Shown one piece after another: positions 14,020 to 28,192 of a DNA stretch of 64,000 nt. Below the pieces are notes generated by a model. It saw only the letters and a list, made by a program, of their open reading frames with translations, was not told where the DNA came from and did not search any database. This DNA is from Tubulanus polymorphus (lineage: Eukaryota; Animalia; Nemertea), in assembly GCF_964204645.1 (NCBI RefSeq), contig NC_134026.1, positions 13,948,050 to 14,012,049 on the forward strand, in the 5' to 3' direction. Position 1 is the first letter of the stretch; every line of letters begins with the position of its first letter. A program made the position numbers and the translations under genes.

Positions 14020-14942
14020 CAGGGCTGCCAACCTTGTCCTTACGCATATAGGGACAGAAGGATATCTTAGAAGGAACTTTGGGGGGTCAAATAGGAACCT
14101 ACTAAGATGAAGCAATTTCTCAGCGAGAGCGCCAACTATGTGTGAAGTTTTAGTACGCCCGCAATGATAGTTCATTGAATTATAATGACCGGGAAACATT
14201 TTTTTGAATAGTTCTCTCGCGTGATCAGCTGCAGCCAGGGGCAGATTGTGTTCAACTAGGAAAAATGTAAACAAGGTTTCAGCCCTAAATACCTCCAGTT
14301 CCTTCGAGTCCGGACGAAAAAAAGAAGATATTTTCCCTATCTTCAATGTGCTTTTATTTTTTCCAAAATCGCAATGTTTTTTACGTCGTTCAGGCCGCCG
14401 TGAGAGATGCTGAAATCAGCGCCACAAGACGAACAGAACGCAAAGTTAACTCCCCGTTTACTTTCGGCTACGCAAGGAAATGTCAACTTATAGTCTTTTC
14501 GGAATTTTTGCATTCGCTTCGTTTTTTTGTTGTTGGGCCAGATTCATCGGCGGATCCCGAATCGCTGTGCGACGACGGCCCAGCGTCTGCCATCTTGTTG
14601 ATGGTTGAGCTAATTACCGACCGAAACCAATTTTACCCAATTCAATTCAAATCAAAAGTGAATACGGCTGATGTTGAACGAAGGTCAATTCAATTCACTC
14701 CTTTACTTTCACGCTTTTTCCGTAACAATTTTTTTCCATCAAATTTATTTGATTTAGTGTATTTCATAGACATTATGAGGAAATGAAGAAGTTTTATAAT
14801 AAAAATCGTATTTTTGAAATTATTTCCGGGACATCAGGACATTTGCGATGGAATTCATATTTTTTTAACCCTGTCGGAATGGCGTATTTTCATTGGCCGA
14901 ATCGGAACGATTCCGCCAAAATTGAAACACTTGGCAGCCCTG
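14020..14942 (-). mobile_element. Internally deleted hAT-type element with 6-bp TSD, retaining the transposase N-terminus
   Basis: TIRs CAGGGCTGCCAA...TTGGCAGCCCTG; TSD TGAACA (14014-14019, 14943-14948). The minus strand encodes FAFCSSCGADFSISHGGLNDVK (BED-like finger) and AETLFTFFLVEHNLPLAAADH..CGRTKT. Confidence 0.85.
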
Positions 14943-16126
14943 TGAACACACAATAAATCGTTATATCATACGCCTTGAGTATCAGTTTTCACGCTAGAAA
15001 TGATAAGAACCTCTTCAATTGTGCCGCCATCTTGTTTAGCACCTGCTGATCCACATCATTTACATATTCAACAAATGCTATGACGTCATGATGGAGTTCA
15101 AACCGGGTCAACAGAAATTATACATAACCGAGAGGTGGGGGTTTCGTCTTTGAAAGCCCATAACTACCGAACAAAGCGTTGGATCTTGAGGAGATAAAGT
15201 TCTTCCGACGCAAATAGCATTGAATTTTCATATGTGTAATTTTGGACGATTAAAGATGCTGCATAAAAGAACGTGCTCAGATAAATCAAATTTTTGGTTA
15301 ACTTGGTTAACTAAAAAAATATGAAACCCACGGCTTTCAACTTTGCGCACCATAAAGAAAAACAAATTACAAAATATGTTTTTGCTTAATCCGTTCTACT
15401 CGCCCATTAGTAGTGACATTACAGGCTAATGAAATTGCTAAAGAGTGTGCTAAAAATAGCTTTGAGCGTAGTGTATTCAGCATACAAATGATTATCGATC
15501 GGCCAGACCGATGACATAAGCTCGCTAATGCGAGCCAAAACTTCACTGCTAATCACAACTCTGTAATTATTTTGTGGACCATCACGTCGCAGTCGTTTCA
15601 TTTTCAAAGAATGTTGCAGGCTCAAGACATTGCTGAAATAAATCAAAGTCAGAATTCTATCAGCCGAAGTCCCAACATGGGCACACTCAAAAACTGAGTA
15701 TATCAAATTAGCTAATTCAATCATATTCGGCAAGAGACAAAATGCTTACCTACTTACCTACTTGAGATCAAAGTGCGCCATTGAAGAGCAGTGAGTAGCT
15801 GGGGGAGCCCATGTGATCGCCGCAGATCGTCGCAAAGGTTCAAAAGGTCAGGTCAAGCCAAATCAACAAAATTAGGATATGGGGAGTTTCAAATTCAAAA
15901 CCCAACAGCTTCAAAACTTCAATTAGGATTTTGATTGGACGAACAGTGAATGATCCGCATAAGATTAAATTTGTATACTTAAAATTCATTACCAGACGAA
16001 AAAAGCATACCTCTACACTATAATTCACCTCTACAGTCAAACAATATTACTAAATGCAAATCATGTTGGAGCAATGAAAAATAAGCTCACTCATATTGGA
16101 TGAAAAGATTCATTCAATTCACTTAC

Positions 16127-16273
16127 CTAGCAACACATTTAACACCAAATTTATCAAGTTTATTTGTAGCTTCCTCGACAAAAATTGTAGGAGTCATTTT
16201 ATTCGCAGGAACATCAGTCAGTCTTCTTGCAAAATTCTGACCTTCTGCTAAAACCGTGCCACGATGCCATTTA
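16127..16273 (-). CDS. LAP3: Leucyl aminopeptidase (M17) coding exon 5: KWHRGTVLAEGQNFARRLTDVPANKMTPTIFVEE...VAR
   Basis: Aligns to LAP3 WQKGVLFASGQNLARQLMETPANEMTPTRF. CTGCAG acceptor, GTAAGT donor; phase-compatible with the previous exon. Confidence 0.92.
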
Positions 16274-16649
16274 CTGCAGAGGAAGAATTGAATCTACAAT
16301 ATATTGTCTTAAAGCTAGATACATTTTTCATATGCCCTTAAATAATCCAGAAAATCAAAATTTTCAATTACCCCTAAAACATATCAAACGTTTTCTTATC
16401 CATTTTGGACTAATAGTGCAGCACACCTGATCTATTTCTAGTTGCAAGTGATGAACCGAGGTCACCCTCCAACATTCACCAGTATAGTGAACCAGCTCAC
16501 CAGTATAGCTGAACTGCAAGCTGAATATTGTGAAGTATATTTTCTAAAATGTTGATTTAAGAGTCTGGTTTAATATTTTGATCAAGTATGGTTTACAAGA
16601 AGCACTTTCGTCATGCAGGTATCAAGTTAGGAAGAATATGAAAGGTGTT

Positions 16650-17350
16650 ACTTTCGTTTAGTTTCCTAAACCCTGCAGAAGTGTTGGGGTAGCGCATTGG
16701 GGCCCCCATATGGGGCCCCAATCTGGGGTACCATCATTAATATTAAATCCAGGTTTTTCAATACCAGGTGTTGCCGTCGATAAGCGTGGACGTGGACTAA
16801 ATCAACTGATTTAGAAAAGCCGGCTTAATAATCGCTTTAAATTCTGAAATATCGGTAACTAAAGTTTTGAAGCGGGCAACTGGATCTCACCGGGAAACAG
16901 TGAAACGGAAAACCGAAAACATGGCATCGGCTGTTTATTATCACCAGACATTTACATCAAACTTTACAGATACGAACCATCAACTACACCCTTTGTACGA
17001 ATACATATATATATATGGTAAAGTGAAAAGCTGTCTTCACTTTTCTATTATGTTGAACTTCATAAGTAAACATAATCACTTTCTATACACATGTTTCTGA
17101 TAAAAACAACATACAGCCGATTCCGTTGATCTGGCGGCCCACTTAAAAACTTCAGTTACTAATATCTCAGAATCTTTTAAGCCTAATTTCTTTTATAGCC
17201 GGCTCTTCCAAATCAATTTATAAAAATAAGTCCACGTTTATCGCCGTCAATATCTGATATCAAAACCCCCCTGGTTTAATATATATGATGGTACCCCATG
17301 CGGTGCTCCCAATCTGCTACCCCACGTTTCACAGAAACCCGAAAAGTGAA
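16650..17350. mobile_element. Degenerate fold-back MITE in a LAP intron
   Basis: Long imperfect inverted arms: GGGGTACCATCAT/ATGATGGTACCCC, AAGCCGGCTT/AGCCGGCT, CGTGGACT/AGTCCACG. Confidence 0.6.
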
Positions 17351-17398
17351 CACTGCAACCCACTGGGGGTACACTACTAGTGGTCAAAGAATACTCAC

Positions 17399-17579
17399 CA
17401 TTTATTTGCTCCATCATGGAAACATTTTACAAAAAGTGGTTTTGAATGACTTTCACTTGACTTCAAATCCTCATATTTATATATAGCTAAATTAGCTCCC
17501 TCTGCCGCTGCTTCAACATCACCACACGAATCTACATCAATATCCGTTACGCCAATATCTCTAAGCTGGTTGATTCCAA
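17399..17579 (-). CDS. LAP3: Leucyl aminopeptidase coding exon 4: GINQLRDIGVTDIDVDSCGDVEAAAEGANLAIYKYEDLKS...
   Basis: Aligns to LAP3 GCRQIQDLELSSVEVDPCGDAQAAAEGAVLGLYEYDDLK. TTTAG acceptor, GTGAG donor, phases 1-2. Confidence 0.92.
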
Positions 17580-18060
17580 CTAAATGTATGAAGATAAATG
17601 AGACAAGTTTGAAAACTGATAATCAAATAAGACATCCAGTCATTTATCGTAGGTTATTCATTCAAGAAACATTTCATGAATCAAAAAATGTCTAAAACAA
17701 GAGGCCCATGGGTTTTATACATTGAGACATATTTGTAGTAGAATTATTGCGTATTCACAGTTAACAGAATGATTTGCATCATAACATTGTAACAAGTTTT
17801 AAATCACTTAACGGTCAAATGCCCTCTGGTTCCTACTTTTTGACATTTACTATTGAAATAATACCTTTGTGTATAAGTGACCACCTGGGATCAGCCTTTT
17901 CGAAAACAAGAGGCCCATGGGCTATGAAGTTTTGGTTATGATGTTACGATATAACCAGGTGATATCACAAATATCGGGAAAAATAATTTTCACATTAAGA
18001 ACCAAATGTTTCGAAACAGTAATTTTTATCTGTATAGGACTGCAATGACATTTTGCAATG

Positions 18061-21000
18061 GCATAATAAAGTTGTTGATCAAATATGGAAGCAGGCGTTA
18101 AGAGTCAGATAAATTAGTTTCCCTGATTCAAGGGCCAGTTTATAGTTTATACGCCAGGACCCGAGGATAAACAAGAATATAAAATGGTGCCGAAACCCGG
18201 GAACACAAGAAAACTGTAAAGCTGACTCATGAAATAGAAATAGAACATCAGAAACAGCAAGTATAAACATCAGAAAATTAGACTTCAGTAACTGCTGACA
18301 ATATTTCGCAATCATGGCTAATGTTGATGCAACAGTAAGTACTTCAAAACCGTGGTTTAGGTGAGCTGAAAAAACTTAAGAAAATAGAAAAAAGCACTTT
18401 GACCAGACTCCTAACAATAGCAAAGGTCTTAGAAAGTAAAGAAGATACTGATTAGTAGTCAAGTACTAGAGATAATAGAACCAGCAGCTAATAAAATGCT
18501 ACGGTTGATGAACTCGTTGAAAGGAAAAGCTATTGATACGATAAAGGGTTTCGGTTATAGCTTAGAGGAATACAAAGCGGCAAAAAAATTACTTGTTCAG
18601 AAGTTCAGTGGTAATCGTAGGAAACTACAGGGATATTTAGATGAATTGGAAAAGTCAGAAAAGCCGTCAGTTTATGATATTGACAAATTAGAAATATTGT
18701 CAGATAATCTCGTCATTGCAGTTACAAAATTGAAAGCTGGAGGAAAAGGTGATGATCTCGGTGATGGTGCTTGGTATAGCATTGTATCTCGAAAGATTCC
18801 TGAGATATTGCTCGTACAGTACTATGACTGGTTAAGCTCGAGATCATGTGACGAAGGTCTAGCTTCCTTAAGTGAATGTTTTTCAGAAGTTGTTGTGCGA
18901 AAGGTGAAAGCTCGTGAAGCAGTTAAGGGTCTTCATGGAATATCGAATGATTCGAAGACTGTTGATAGAAAATTACCGAATAAACGTAGTGGTACCTTCG
19001 TGGGTAATTCAGTAAAATATAGCATGTGTGGAATGGAACACACTGAAGTAAAATGCAACCGTTTCCGAAAGATGAAAATCGATGAACGTTGGACTACTGC
19101 AAAAAGGCTTGGTTTATGTTTTCGATGTTTACGTCCGTATCATCGTGGGTCGAATTGTAATAGTAGACGACAGTGAGGAGTATCTGGCTGTACTCTAACA
19201 CACAGTTCGATGTTGCATCATGTCAAACGATTTTCGCTAATCGTGAAAATCCGAATGAAGAAGAAATTTTGTTAGATTCTACCCTAAAAGCGTTTTGGGA
19301 GATAGAAAAATCGGGTCTCGATGTATCAAGATCCAAATTATCGGTTGACGAAGAAATAGCTCAGAAAAAGCTGGAGCAATCGTTGAAGTTCAACGGCAAG
19401 CGTTATGAAATTGGCGTTCCTTGGAAGGATGAAAGTCCCTATCTGGAAAATAATCAGTCAGTAGCGTTGAACAGACTTCAAATTATTAATGAAGAAAATT
19501 GATTCCAATCCGGACATCAAAAAATCGTATGAAGAAACAATCGCAGAATACCTGACCAAAGATTATATCGAATTCAAAGGTCCGTTAAAATTGTTCAAAA
19601 ATGTTGATGCATGGTATTTACCTCATTTTCCGATTTTGATGGATCGTCGAAGTACAATGAAAAAAGTCCGAACTCTGAAGCATATGCAGGACCGAAACTT
19701 CAAGCTGATTTATTTGAAGTTTTGATTCCATTCAGAAGTGGACTCATGGCTATGGGTGCAGATCTTTCACGGATCTTTCTTTTGTATTTGCAAATAGAAA
19801 TGAAGCCAGAAGATCGAAAGTATCATAGATTTCTCTGGAAAAATCAGACATCCGGTGAAATTGAAGTCTATGAATTTAAAAGGCATGTATTCGGTGGAAC
19901 ATACTCTCCTTGCTGTGCTCAGTATGTATGGCAGACTCATGCGAAAATGAAGAAAGAAGTTTATCCGCTTGCAGCTGATGAAGTTGATTCGAAAAAACAT
20001 ACATGGATGACACCATTTGTTCAATGGATGACCCAGATGTTTCCATAGCCGCCAGACAACAGTTAACGGCTTTGGCTACAGATGGAGGATTTCATTATAG
20101 AAAATGTATTTCAAATAACAGGTCTGTCTTAGAAGATATTCCGGAATCCGATAGATTGAAGATTCAAGACGATGTATTGCCAAAAACCAAAGTTCTGGGT
20201 GTCTACTGGAAAGCAGAATCAGACACATTTGAATATCAAGTTAACATACCAGAATACCACGACAGTATAACGAAACGTGAAGTTCTCAGTCATATTGCTT
20301 GGATATTTGACCCGATGGGACTTATAACACCTTAAGTCCTTGAAGCGAAAATCATTCTGCAAGAAACCTGGCTGAAAGGACTAGAATGCGATGAGATTCT
20401 TACGTCAAAATTACGTCAGAAATGGAAATCGTGGTGTGAAGATTTGTCATCGATCTCATGTCTCCACATACCAAGATGTTTGAAGACTCAAAAAGATGTA
20501 AAATCAGTGACTTTACATACATTCGGTGATGCTTCGATTAGAGCTTACTCCACAGCAGTGTATCAGTTAACTACATATGAAGATGGTTCAGTTACTGTCA
20601 GACTAGTTACTGCAAAATCGAAGTTGGCTCCAACAAAGAGTATTTCAATTCCAAAGCTCAAGTTAATGGCTGCGGAAATTGGTATGCAGTTGACAAGATG
20701 AGTATGTAAAGTGCTGAAATTACCAATAGAAGCTACTTTCTGGAGCGACTCTTATGATGTTTTGTTCTGGTTAAGAGGAGAAAGTCGAAGTTACAAGACT
20801 TTCGTTTCAAATCGTGTTGCTAAAATTCATGAAGTTACCTCTCCGTCTCAGTGGAGATACATACCAACAAGCTGTAATCCGGCAGATGTCGCGTCAAGAG
20901 GCTGCAGTATAGTTCCGTTGAAAGATGAACAGTTATGGTGGCACCTACTGGGTTTATGATTCGTGCGTTGGATTTAAACATCGAAAATACAGAAAATCGC

Positions 21001-23270
21001 AAAGAAAATGATGATTCGATGACAAATATTCCACTCGATGAATTTGTGTGGAGTTTGAAGCCTAGTCGATGGTCTAGATGGTTACCCGTACAAAACGGTG
21101 GTACATCCTCAACAGGAAAGTTTTCGCTGGTTCAAATTTATGCGTGGGTTAAGCGATTTGTATTGAACTGTAAAACGTGTAACTCAAGCATAAATTATGA
21201 TCGTGTATTGTCTCCTGATGAACTGAAAGCAGGGGAAGTAGAGTTAGTGAAAGTAGGTCAAAGAGAAGCTTTCAGTGAAAAAAAAGTAGCATTAGAAAAG
21301 AAGAAAAATGTATTACTCAGTAGTAAAATCGCATGGTTGAACCCATACCTGGACGGAGTTCTTCGATCGCAAACGAGAGTCGAAAGATGCAAATTATTAC
21401 CAGAAGAACAAAATTTCCGATAATTCTGTCGAAATCGAGGGACATTACAAGACTTTTGATAGTACAGGCACATGATGATACTGCACATAGTGTAGGGCCA
21501 GTACAAATTCTTAACACTCTTCGTAGAAAATATCTGATTTTACAAGGGTTGACTGCGGTTAAGAAAATCGTGAACAACTGTGCGTATTGTCTTACATGGT
21601 TACGAAAGAAGCATCTCAGTCAACAGATGGCTCCTCTGCCTAGTATTCGAGTAAACCCATCATGGAATGTGTTTTCAGACATCGGTCTGGATTTCGCGGG
21701 TCCATTTTCAGTTAAGATAGGCAGAGTTTGGGCGAAAAATTACCTCCTTTTGATGGTCAATCTGCAAGTCAGAGCGGTACATCTCGAAGCTACTGATAGC
21801 CTGGATACAGATTCGTTCCTTTGCGCATTCTCAAGATTTGCGGCAAGGCGTGGTTGGCCTAAAAGATGCTTATCAGATAACGGTGGAAGTTTTGTTTCAG
21901 GAGAATCAGAGTTGAAGGAGCTCGTTGATTGTCTTGATAGTCTTGATCAAGATAAGATATCGAATAACTTAGCAAATAACGGAGTAAACTGGATTTGGAA
22001 TCCACCTGTTAGTCCACATTTCGGTGGTGTATTTGAAACAAATACTTAAGCCACAAAGCGTTCAATAAAAGCAATAATCGGAGGTAGTGAATTAAACGAT
22101 GAGCAGTTTCGTACAGTCGTTACATTATTTGAAGGAATAATGAACTCGAGACCGTTGGTAGAGATAAATGAACCTATGTTGACACCAAATCATTTTATCA
22201 TGGGACGAGTCAGCGGAGATACTGCACCGAGTAGTGTAGACTGCATTCCGTACAATTTGCGTAACAAGTGGCGACATAGTCAAGAAGTCGTTCGTCCGTT
22301 TTGGTGTAGGTGGATCCAAGAGATTCTACCTCAGTTGAGCGCGAGAAAGAAATGGTTGTCTCCATTGCAAACGGAGATATTGTACTAGTTATCGATAAGG
22401 ATCTTCCTAGGCGGCAGTGGAAATTGGGAGAAATCAAATCGGTCTATCCAGGAAAAGATGGATTAATTCGTGTCGTTGATGTTGAAACCTCGAAAAAGGT
22501 TTATAAGCGTTCCATAGGCAACATCTGTCCTCTGGAATTTAATTCGAATAATTTCAGTTGTGCGTTGTATAAACAGTGAAACAATCATTCGGAAGGAAAA
22601 ACCGAATTTGAAGCGTAATTCATTCATTGGTCGGAATTAGAAATCAGCAAACATATATTGTCGCATGAATATGTTTGATTACTCACCGAAGAGTAATTTG
22701 TGTTAAAAGTCAATTTTGAGATTATCTAGTCTCAATAATTCGTTTTCGGTTCGCGTGTTGCGTTGAAAGTTGAACATTAGATTTGTATGACTACATTGTA
22801 TTTAGATAGTTGTTTTAAGTGTATGCACATATAGAAATAGATTTAGATATAATTCATATACAAATCTTGGTAAAATTACAAAGAATCATTCCAATTAATG
22901 TATATTACAAGTGTTAAGTTTAGTAATTTCTTCAGAAAATTTATAGAAATAGTTTAGCTCTTAAAAGTTTAATGTTAAGCTATAGTTAATTTAGATTTTG
23001 TTTAATTTAGTGGATATTGACTTAAGAATGATTAAAGAGACAGGATGTCACTTTAGAGGGAAGGATGAAGATTCGGACCTGTGACCTTATATTGAAAATT
23101 GTTACATCTGTTACATATCAAATTTTTGAGTTGATTTTTTTGTATAGCTGTTGCATAATAAAGTTGTTGATCAAATATGGAAGCAGGCGTTAGAGTCAGA
23201 TAGATTAGTTTCCCTGATTCAAGGGCCAGTTTATAGTTTATACGCCAGGACCCGAGGATAAACAAGAACA
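18061..23270 (+). mobile_element. Decayed BEL/Pao LTR retrotransposon in a LAP intron, antisense to the gene
   Basis: Fragmented gag (CFRCLRPYHRGSNC), RT (WYLPHF, YMDD), RNase H (FGDAS..AY, FWSDS, NPADVASRG) and integrase (GLDFAGPF, SDNG, GGVFE). PPT AGAGGGAAGGA. 3' LTR 23066-23270 (TG..CA); only the 3' part of the 5' LTR (18061-18179) is recognisable. Confidence 0.92.
18185..18202 (+). promoter_or_regulatory. Primer-binding site complementary to the tRNA-Phe 3' end
   Basis: TGGTGCCGAAACCCGGGA, 5 nt after the LTR end, is the reverse complement of the eukaryotic tRNA-Phe end TCCCGGGTTTCGGCACCA. Confidence 0.88.
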
Positions 23271-23665
23271 AGATGTAACCAAATTTTACCAGCATTTGTT
23301 TTTCTTTCCTTGTTGAAGGGCAAACATAGTAAGACTTAATTATTTCGACCAAGACAGAAAACAAATAAAGTCCCAAATACTTTTTCCAAGGCTTTGAGAA
23401 TTTTCCGCTAGAACTCTCTGGCTAACTATTCCTTTAGGTTTATTTTTAATGCTCTATCCGATCATTCCATTTTCTAAGTTCACATCACTGAAAGCCTCTT
23501 AAAGATAACAGCAATGGCAATAACTTCTCTAAAGGTAAAAAGTTAAATAATTCATTGAAACGTAATTGGAAATTTGAATTATACAGACAATGTACAGACA
23601 GCAGATTGACAGCTGCATAAGGATCAACACAATCAATCCTAAAAAGTAATAAAAGTATATCATAC

Positions 23666-23826
23666 CACCTATAGCCGATCGTATATGTTCTCGCCCTTCA
23701 TCAAGTTGCTCTTCCTCATTGTATCCTTTGCCTTTTTCCCCTAAACACACAACTGCTATGCTAGGAAAGTTATCGTCCAAACCATAAAAAATCCTGCTCT
23801 TTCCCTTTTTCAATGGAACCCCGGAT
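23666..23826 (-). CDS. LAP3: Leucyl aminopeptidase coding exon 3: SGVPLKKGKSRIFYGLDDNFPSIAVVCLG...EGREHIRSAIG
   Basis: Aligns to LAP3 SGPPLKAGKTRTFYGLHQDFPSVVLVGLG..EGKENIRAAV. CAACAG acceptor, GTATGA donor. Confidence 0.93.
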
Positions 23827-23912
23827 CTGTTGGAAAAAAAGTTAAGAAATCAGGGTTTGTGCATTTGATACCTTTTTTCAGGGCCAAGTACAAAATAAGT
23901 ATTGTTGAGACA

Positions 23913-24522
23913 GGGCCAAGTTTCACGAAAAAGTGTAAACATTTAAACCGAATTAGTTAATTTTTGGTGTAAATCAAGTTTCACAAAGTAGTGTAACTAG
24001 CGAATTAACTAAACTGGTTAAGTGACGTCACCGCATATAATAAGTGTAATTAGTATTATAATTAAAATGGCGTCACGTCAAAGTTCAGCAAGCGCTACAC
24101 TTGTCAAAAACAAGCGAAAGAATTTTACTTTGGCAGAGGCACTGCTCTTGACGCAGCTGGTTCAAGAAAACCAGAATGTACTATTCAATTAATTCAGCGT
24201 GTCGATAACTAAAGTGGCAAAACAGAAAGCGTGAGGTGAAATTGCCGATCAAATCACAGCATTAGGAGAGGCTGTCAGGACACCAGATGAATGTCGATCA
24301 AAATTCAAAAACGATCAACAAAACGCAACAAGAATCGCTACCAAGGAACGGCAAAGCCTGTCAAAGACTGGTGGTGGACCACCTGCTATAAACATATCGG
24401 AAAGAACGAACATCATCATCGATATGTTCAAAGATTCAAGCTCGTTTCACAGCATCCATGGCGGCTGTGAATTGCAGTTTCAAATATTGATCATGCCCTC
24501 GATAATGTTGAAATTGTCAATG
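23913..24522 (+). mobile_element. PIF/Harbinger 5' fragment with Myb/SANT-like (NAIF1-type) DNA-binding pseudogene
   Basis: Terminus GGGCCAAGTTTCACGAAA. ORF from 24067 reads KRKNFTLAEALLLTQLV..K*GEIADQI..RTPDECRSKF..KTGGGPP, with two stops. Confidence 0.75.
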
Positions 24523-25260
24523 GTAAGCTTCTAATTGATAATCTAAATTACAAGGTCAAAAGGGAATTGGGTGAAAAATCTTGTTCAGGATTTTTCAGGG
24601 CCCCGGGATTTTTCGTCTGTCAACATCACTTCCCTCTGCGAAGTCTGTTTACATCGGTTGGTAAATGGGTGGAAAAATACATTTTTCAGTTGTTCTATTG
24701 CTTTGAAATTTTTACTACATAAAGGAAGGATATATGGCATACAATTTCAGTTGGAATTGAATAGATCAGTGCATTTTGCTGGGAGACAGAGCAGTTTATC
24801 TGAAAATTTTTCATGAATTTTTTTCATGGGGGCCATCTTGGAGTATGTGACCTTGACCTCAAGTTCACTTATATCCAAATTATTTATGTCTACATTGTTG
24901 GCCCAAAAGTTATCAACAACATGCTATATAAATTTTGTGTCAGATACTTTGGTAACTATTCTATGAAGTTTCAAATATACCCCCTATAATCCCCTAAATT
25001 CCCTCCGGTACAACAGCCGAGACACTATGTGGTATCGAAAGGGTTAAGGTTGATAAAGAGAAGGGTTGGAGAGTTCACCAGCGACTGTTCATAAATCTGC
25101 TGTTACTCCAAGGTCGTATGTTGTTCAGTTACTTATTGAAAGGTAAGCGTTAATTCCAGGACGAATGAGTTACCTTTTTTCAGGTAGGGTTTATTCCAAC
25201 TGAAGTGACGTTGCTAAATACGCATGTGCAGAATTGTTGGAAAATCCTAAGTATAAATGA

Positions 25261-26360
25261 GAAAACAAGAGCCCCAAGGGGCACTATGGCCAGCCTGTCA
25301 GCTTTTCATAAAATGGCAAATGACGCATTATGTGGATCATATTTGTCAAAATACACCCCAGCTCAGCACAGTCATTACCATTAATTTACACAATGCAATT
25401 GTGTTTAGCTCAGACAGCAACTGGAGCTTGCAGGAACAAATACCTCAAATAAATCTTTTCGCTTGGTCTAGCCTAGCGTACATCGACACTGCGATAGGAG
25501 ACAACTAGACAGCAACAGTTTTCGGTGAATGCGAGGAACTGGCTGGATACAATCAGTTACTCAAATTTGTTGATGCGATCAAGCTAACGACTGTAGCTAA
25601 TGACTGGTTAGCGTCCATCTATCTCCAGTTCCAGCCAGTTGCCCATGTTTCACTTTTGAGCAACTAGTTGTACTCAGTTACTGTCATATCCGTAGATGTG
25701 AACGCTCCATAATCAGATGCCCTCAAGGATATTTGCTAGTTAACACATCTCAGTTGCTATTGATGTACGCGCTATGATGTACGTGCTACCAGCATGAACC
25801 AGCATGAGTTGCTGGCTTTTACTAGATTTTCGATGTGCACGAGGTATTCACTCACGAGCAACAAGTTGTCTCCAGTCGCTTTGTCAATGTACGCTTAGCT
25901 TTATTGATTTGAATGCGGAATTGAATTTTCTGAAAATTGCTCTATAAAACTAGAAATTGATTTGGATTTGTTTTATTTGTTCAATGGAAGTAAAATTGAA
26001 TTGAATTTATTTTGCTGAATAAGCATATGGCTAATAAGCATATTAAACTCCTCCTGGTGTCCAGGGTCTTAACCAGGAATGAATATGTACCTGCACAAAA
26101 TTGGAACATCTGAAATTATCAGCCAGTCCAACATATATGGCGCCACAGGTGACACACAAGGTCACCGAGCCAGTTTTTGGGCTGAAGATGTCCCTAGGGT
26201 TGATACAAGTGTAAACCAAATATCAAGACATTACATTGAAGCATCTTTAAAATTCCCAAAATAACTGGATTCGGCTTACGGATGAATGGATGGACGACGG
26301 ATGAAAAGTGAACGCAATAGCCCATTGGGACTTAAGTCCCAAGTGGACTAGAAAAAAAAA
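25261..26360 (+). mobile_element. Helentron/HINE-like non-autonomous element with a nested MITE (25470-25900)
   Basis: Starts AAACAAGAGCCCCAAGGGGCACT (also at ~28448); (GGAT/GGAC)n; 3' hairpin CCATTGGGACTTAAGTCCCAAGTGG plus A-run; similar to 6780-6990. Nested TIRs AGCCTAGCGTACATCGACA / TGTCAATGTACGCTTAGCT. Confidence 0.6.
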
Positions 26361-26683
26361 ACGAAAAAATTCCTGTCCTTTAAGTGCGTGCTTGGTGCAG
26401 AGCCCGGCTTGTACCCCATATCTATACATATGCAGCATGCCTGCACAACGGATGATGAGAATTTTATACTCTTCTCACCCTCAAAAGACACGCAGCATTT
26501 TGTGAGCAAGGTATTTCTGGATAGGTCTTTAAAGCCATTATGAAGAAGTCAAAAAATATTCAAGACTCAACGGTTAACCAACAGGAATTATACCTAGGAG
26601 CTTAAACCCAACACTTAAGCATTAGAAAATGAGATGATCACTGTAATAGGCCTATGATATACTGTAAATAAATAAAAACATAC

Positions 26684-26808
26684 ATGTTTAATAAGTGTTC
26701 GATTTTTCCTGCAACTCTTTCTTCATTATATTTTTCTCCACATTTAGTAAACAACACATTTCTATCTTCATTTTTCTCTTCGAAAACTCCTAATACCAAA
26801 CCTCGTCC
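26684..26808 (-). CDS. LAP3: Leucyl aminopeptidase coding exon 2: GRGLVLGVFEEKNEDRNVLFTKCGEKYNEERVAGKIEHLLN
   Basis: Aligns to LAP3 TKGLVLGIYSKEKEDDVPQFTSAGENFDKLLAGKLRETLN. TTCTAG acceptor, GTATGT donor, phases 0-2. Confidence 0.9.
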
Positions 26809-28192
26809 CTAGAAGAAAAGAATCATAGAAATTTCAACAGAGATTTCATATTAGTAGTATATGTATATTAAAAACCAACCAGAACTGTAAGAAAGTCCAA
26901 GTGTGCTAGTTTTCTTTTCAAACATCTCATTCATTTCTACACATCATTGTCATCATCAGCAGTTCCCCTTAACCCTTTCGCTGCGCATGACATTATGGAA
27001 ACATATGAGTGACAGATACTGCCCATATGACGTTTATGAAACGTCATTCACTTATCCACTATCAGCGTGAAGGCGCACAAAACTAGCACGTATGTAATAC
27101 ACAGGGTTTGGTAAATTTTCTTTCGTTTTATTTGCTTATTCCATTCATTTACAATAAATGTCACAGTTTGGATGAATGAGATTATCATAGGCCTAACATG
27201 ATTATTACAATAATATCATAACTAATATCGCAAAGAACTATTCATTATAATAGCTTTTGCAATAAACAATGCTTTTTTGTTGTTCATTTTATTTGATTGC
27301 AGAATAACCACTCATAACACAGCTACATTATCAATAACTCTGGGAACTGTACCCAAAGCCCATCGAGGAGTGCCTGTGGTCGGTCATTGATACTGGTTTT
27401 ATTCATTCACTATCATTAGTTACAGGTCCATGCGTCAGTGATTTAGGCCGAATTAGACATAGTGAATATTTAGCTGTATACGGCAAAGTATTTATCTCTG
27501 CTATTTGATCGTATAGGGCCTATATTATTCATAAAAGTAACAATAAAATCATTATATTAGATATATATCTGTTGATTGTCACAACGTACAAACAGCTTGT
27601 CAGTTAGTATGTTGCGAAAGATCACCGGATAATCTGTGTCCACATTAAACGCACTAAATATGCATCAAACTACCTAAAAATAAGCATTTTAGATTTTTAT
27701 GACGAGCCTCGCTGTTTTTCGTGAAGGCATATCCCATAGCCCTTTTGATGCAATTTACTTTGATTCAGGATGTCATTCAGATGAAGATAATCAATTCGAC
27801 AAAACTGATTTGCGAGTCATAGATTATTTTTCATCAATTAAAATGATAATTTGATAGCAGAATTGTTAAACATGGAGGACTTGAAAGGCTGAATTCAAGA
27901 AAATGTCTATCGCACTTTTGAGCCCAAACGTCTACTTTTACTTAGTAGCCACTTGAGAACAATAAGCAATTAACGATATCGGCTTCTTTTCCAGAAGTAT
28001 ACATTTCAAAACAGTCACTCTGAAATAGTATTCCTTTCAATTCGGTTGGTTTTCTATAGTGGCTGTTTCAAAGAGTCTACTATTGAAAAGTGACCATTTT
28101 GAAACATCTGGTTTTGATAGTGCACACTAGCAGTAGAGGTGACTGTAAAACCACCCGCCTGTTAACAGTGACTTTGTGATAGTAACTCCTAC

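Noticed and set aside
25037-26990. piggyBac element from TTAACCC / GGGTTAA motifs
   Set aside because: The two motifs face outward and flank a host exon; no matching pair or transposase.
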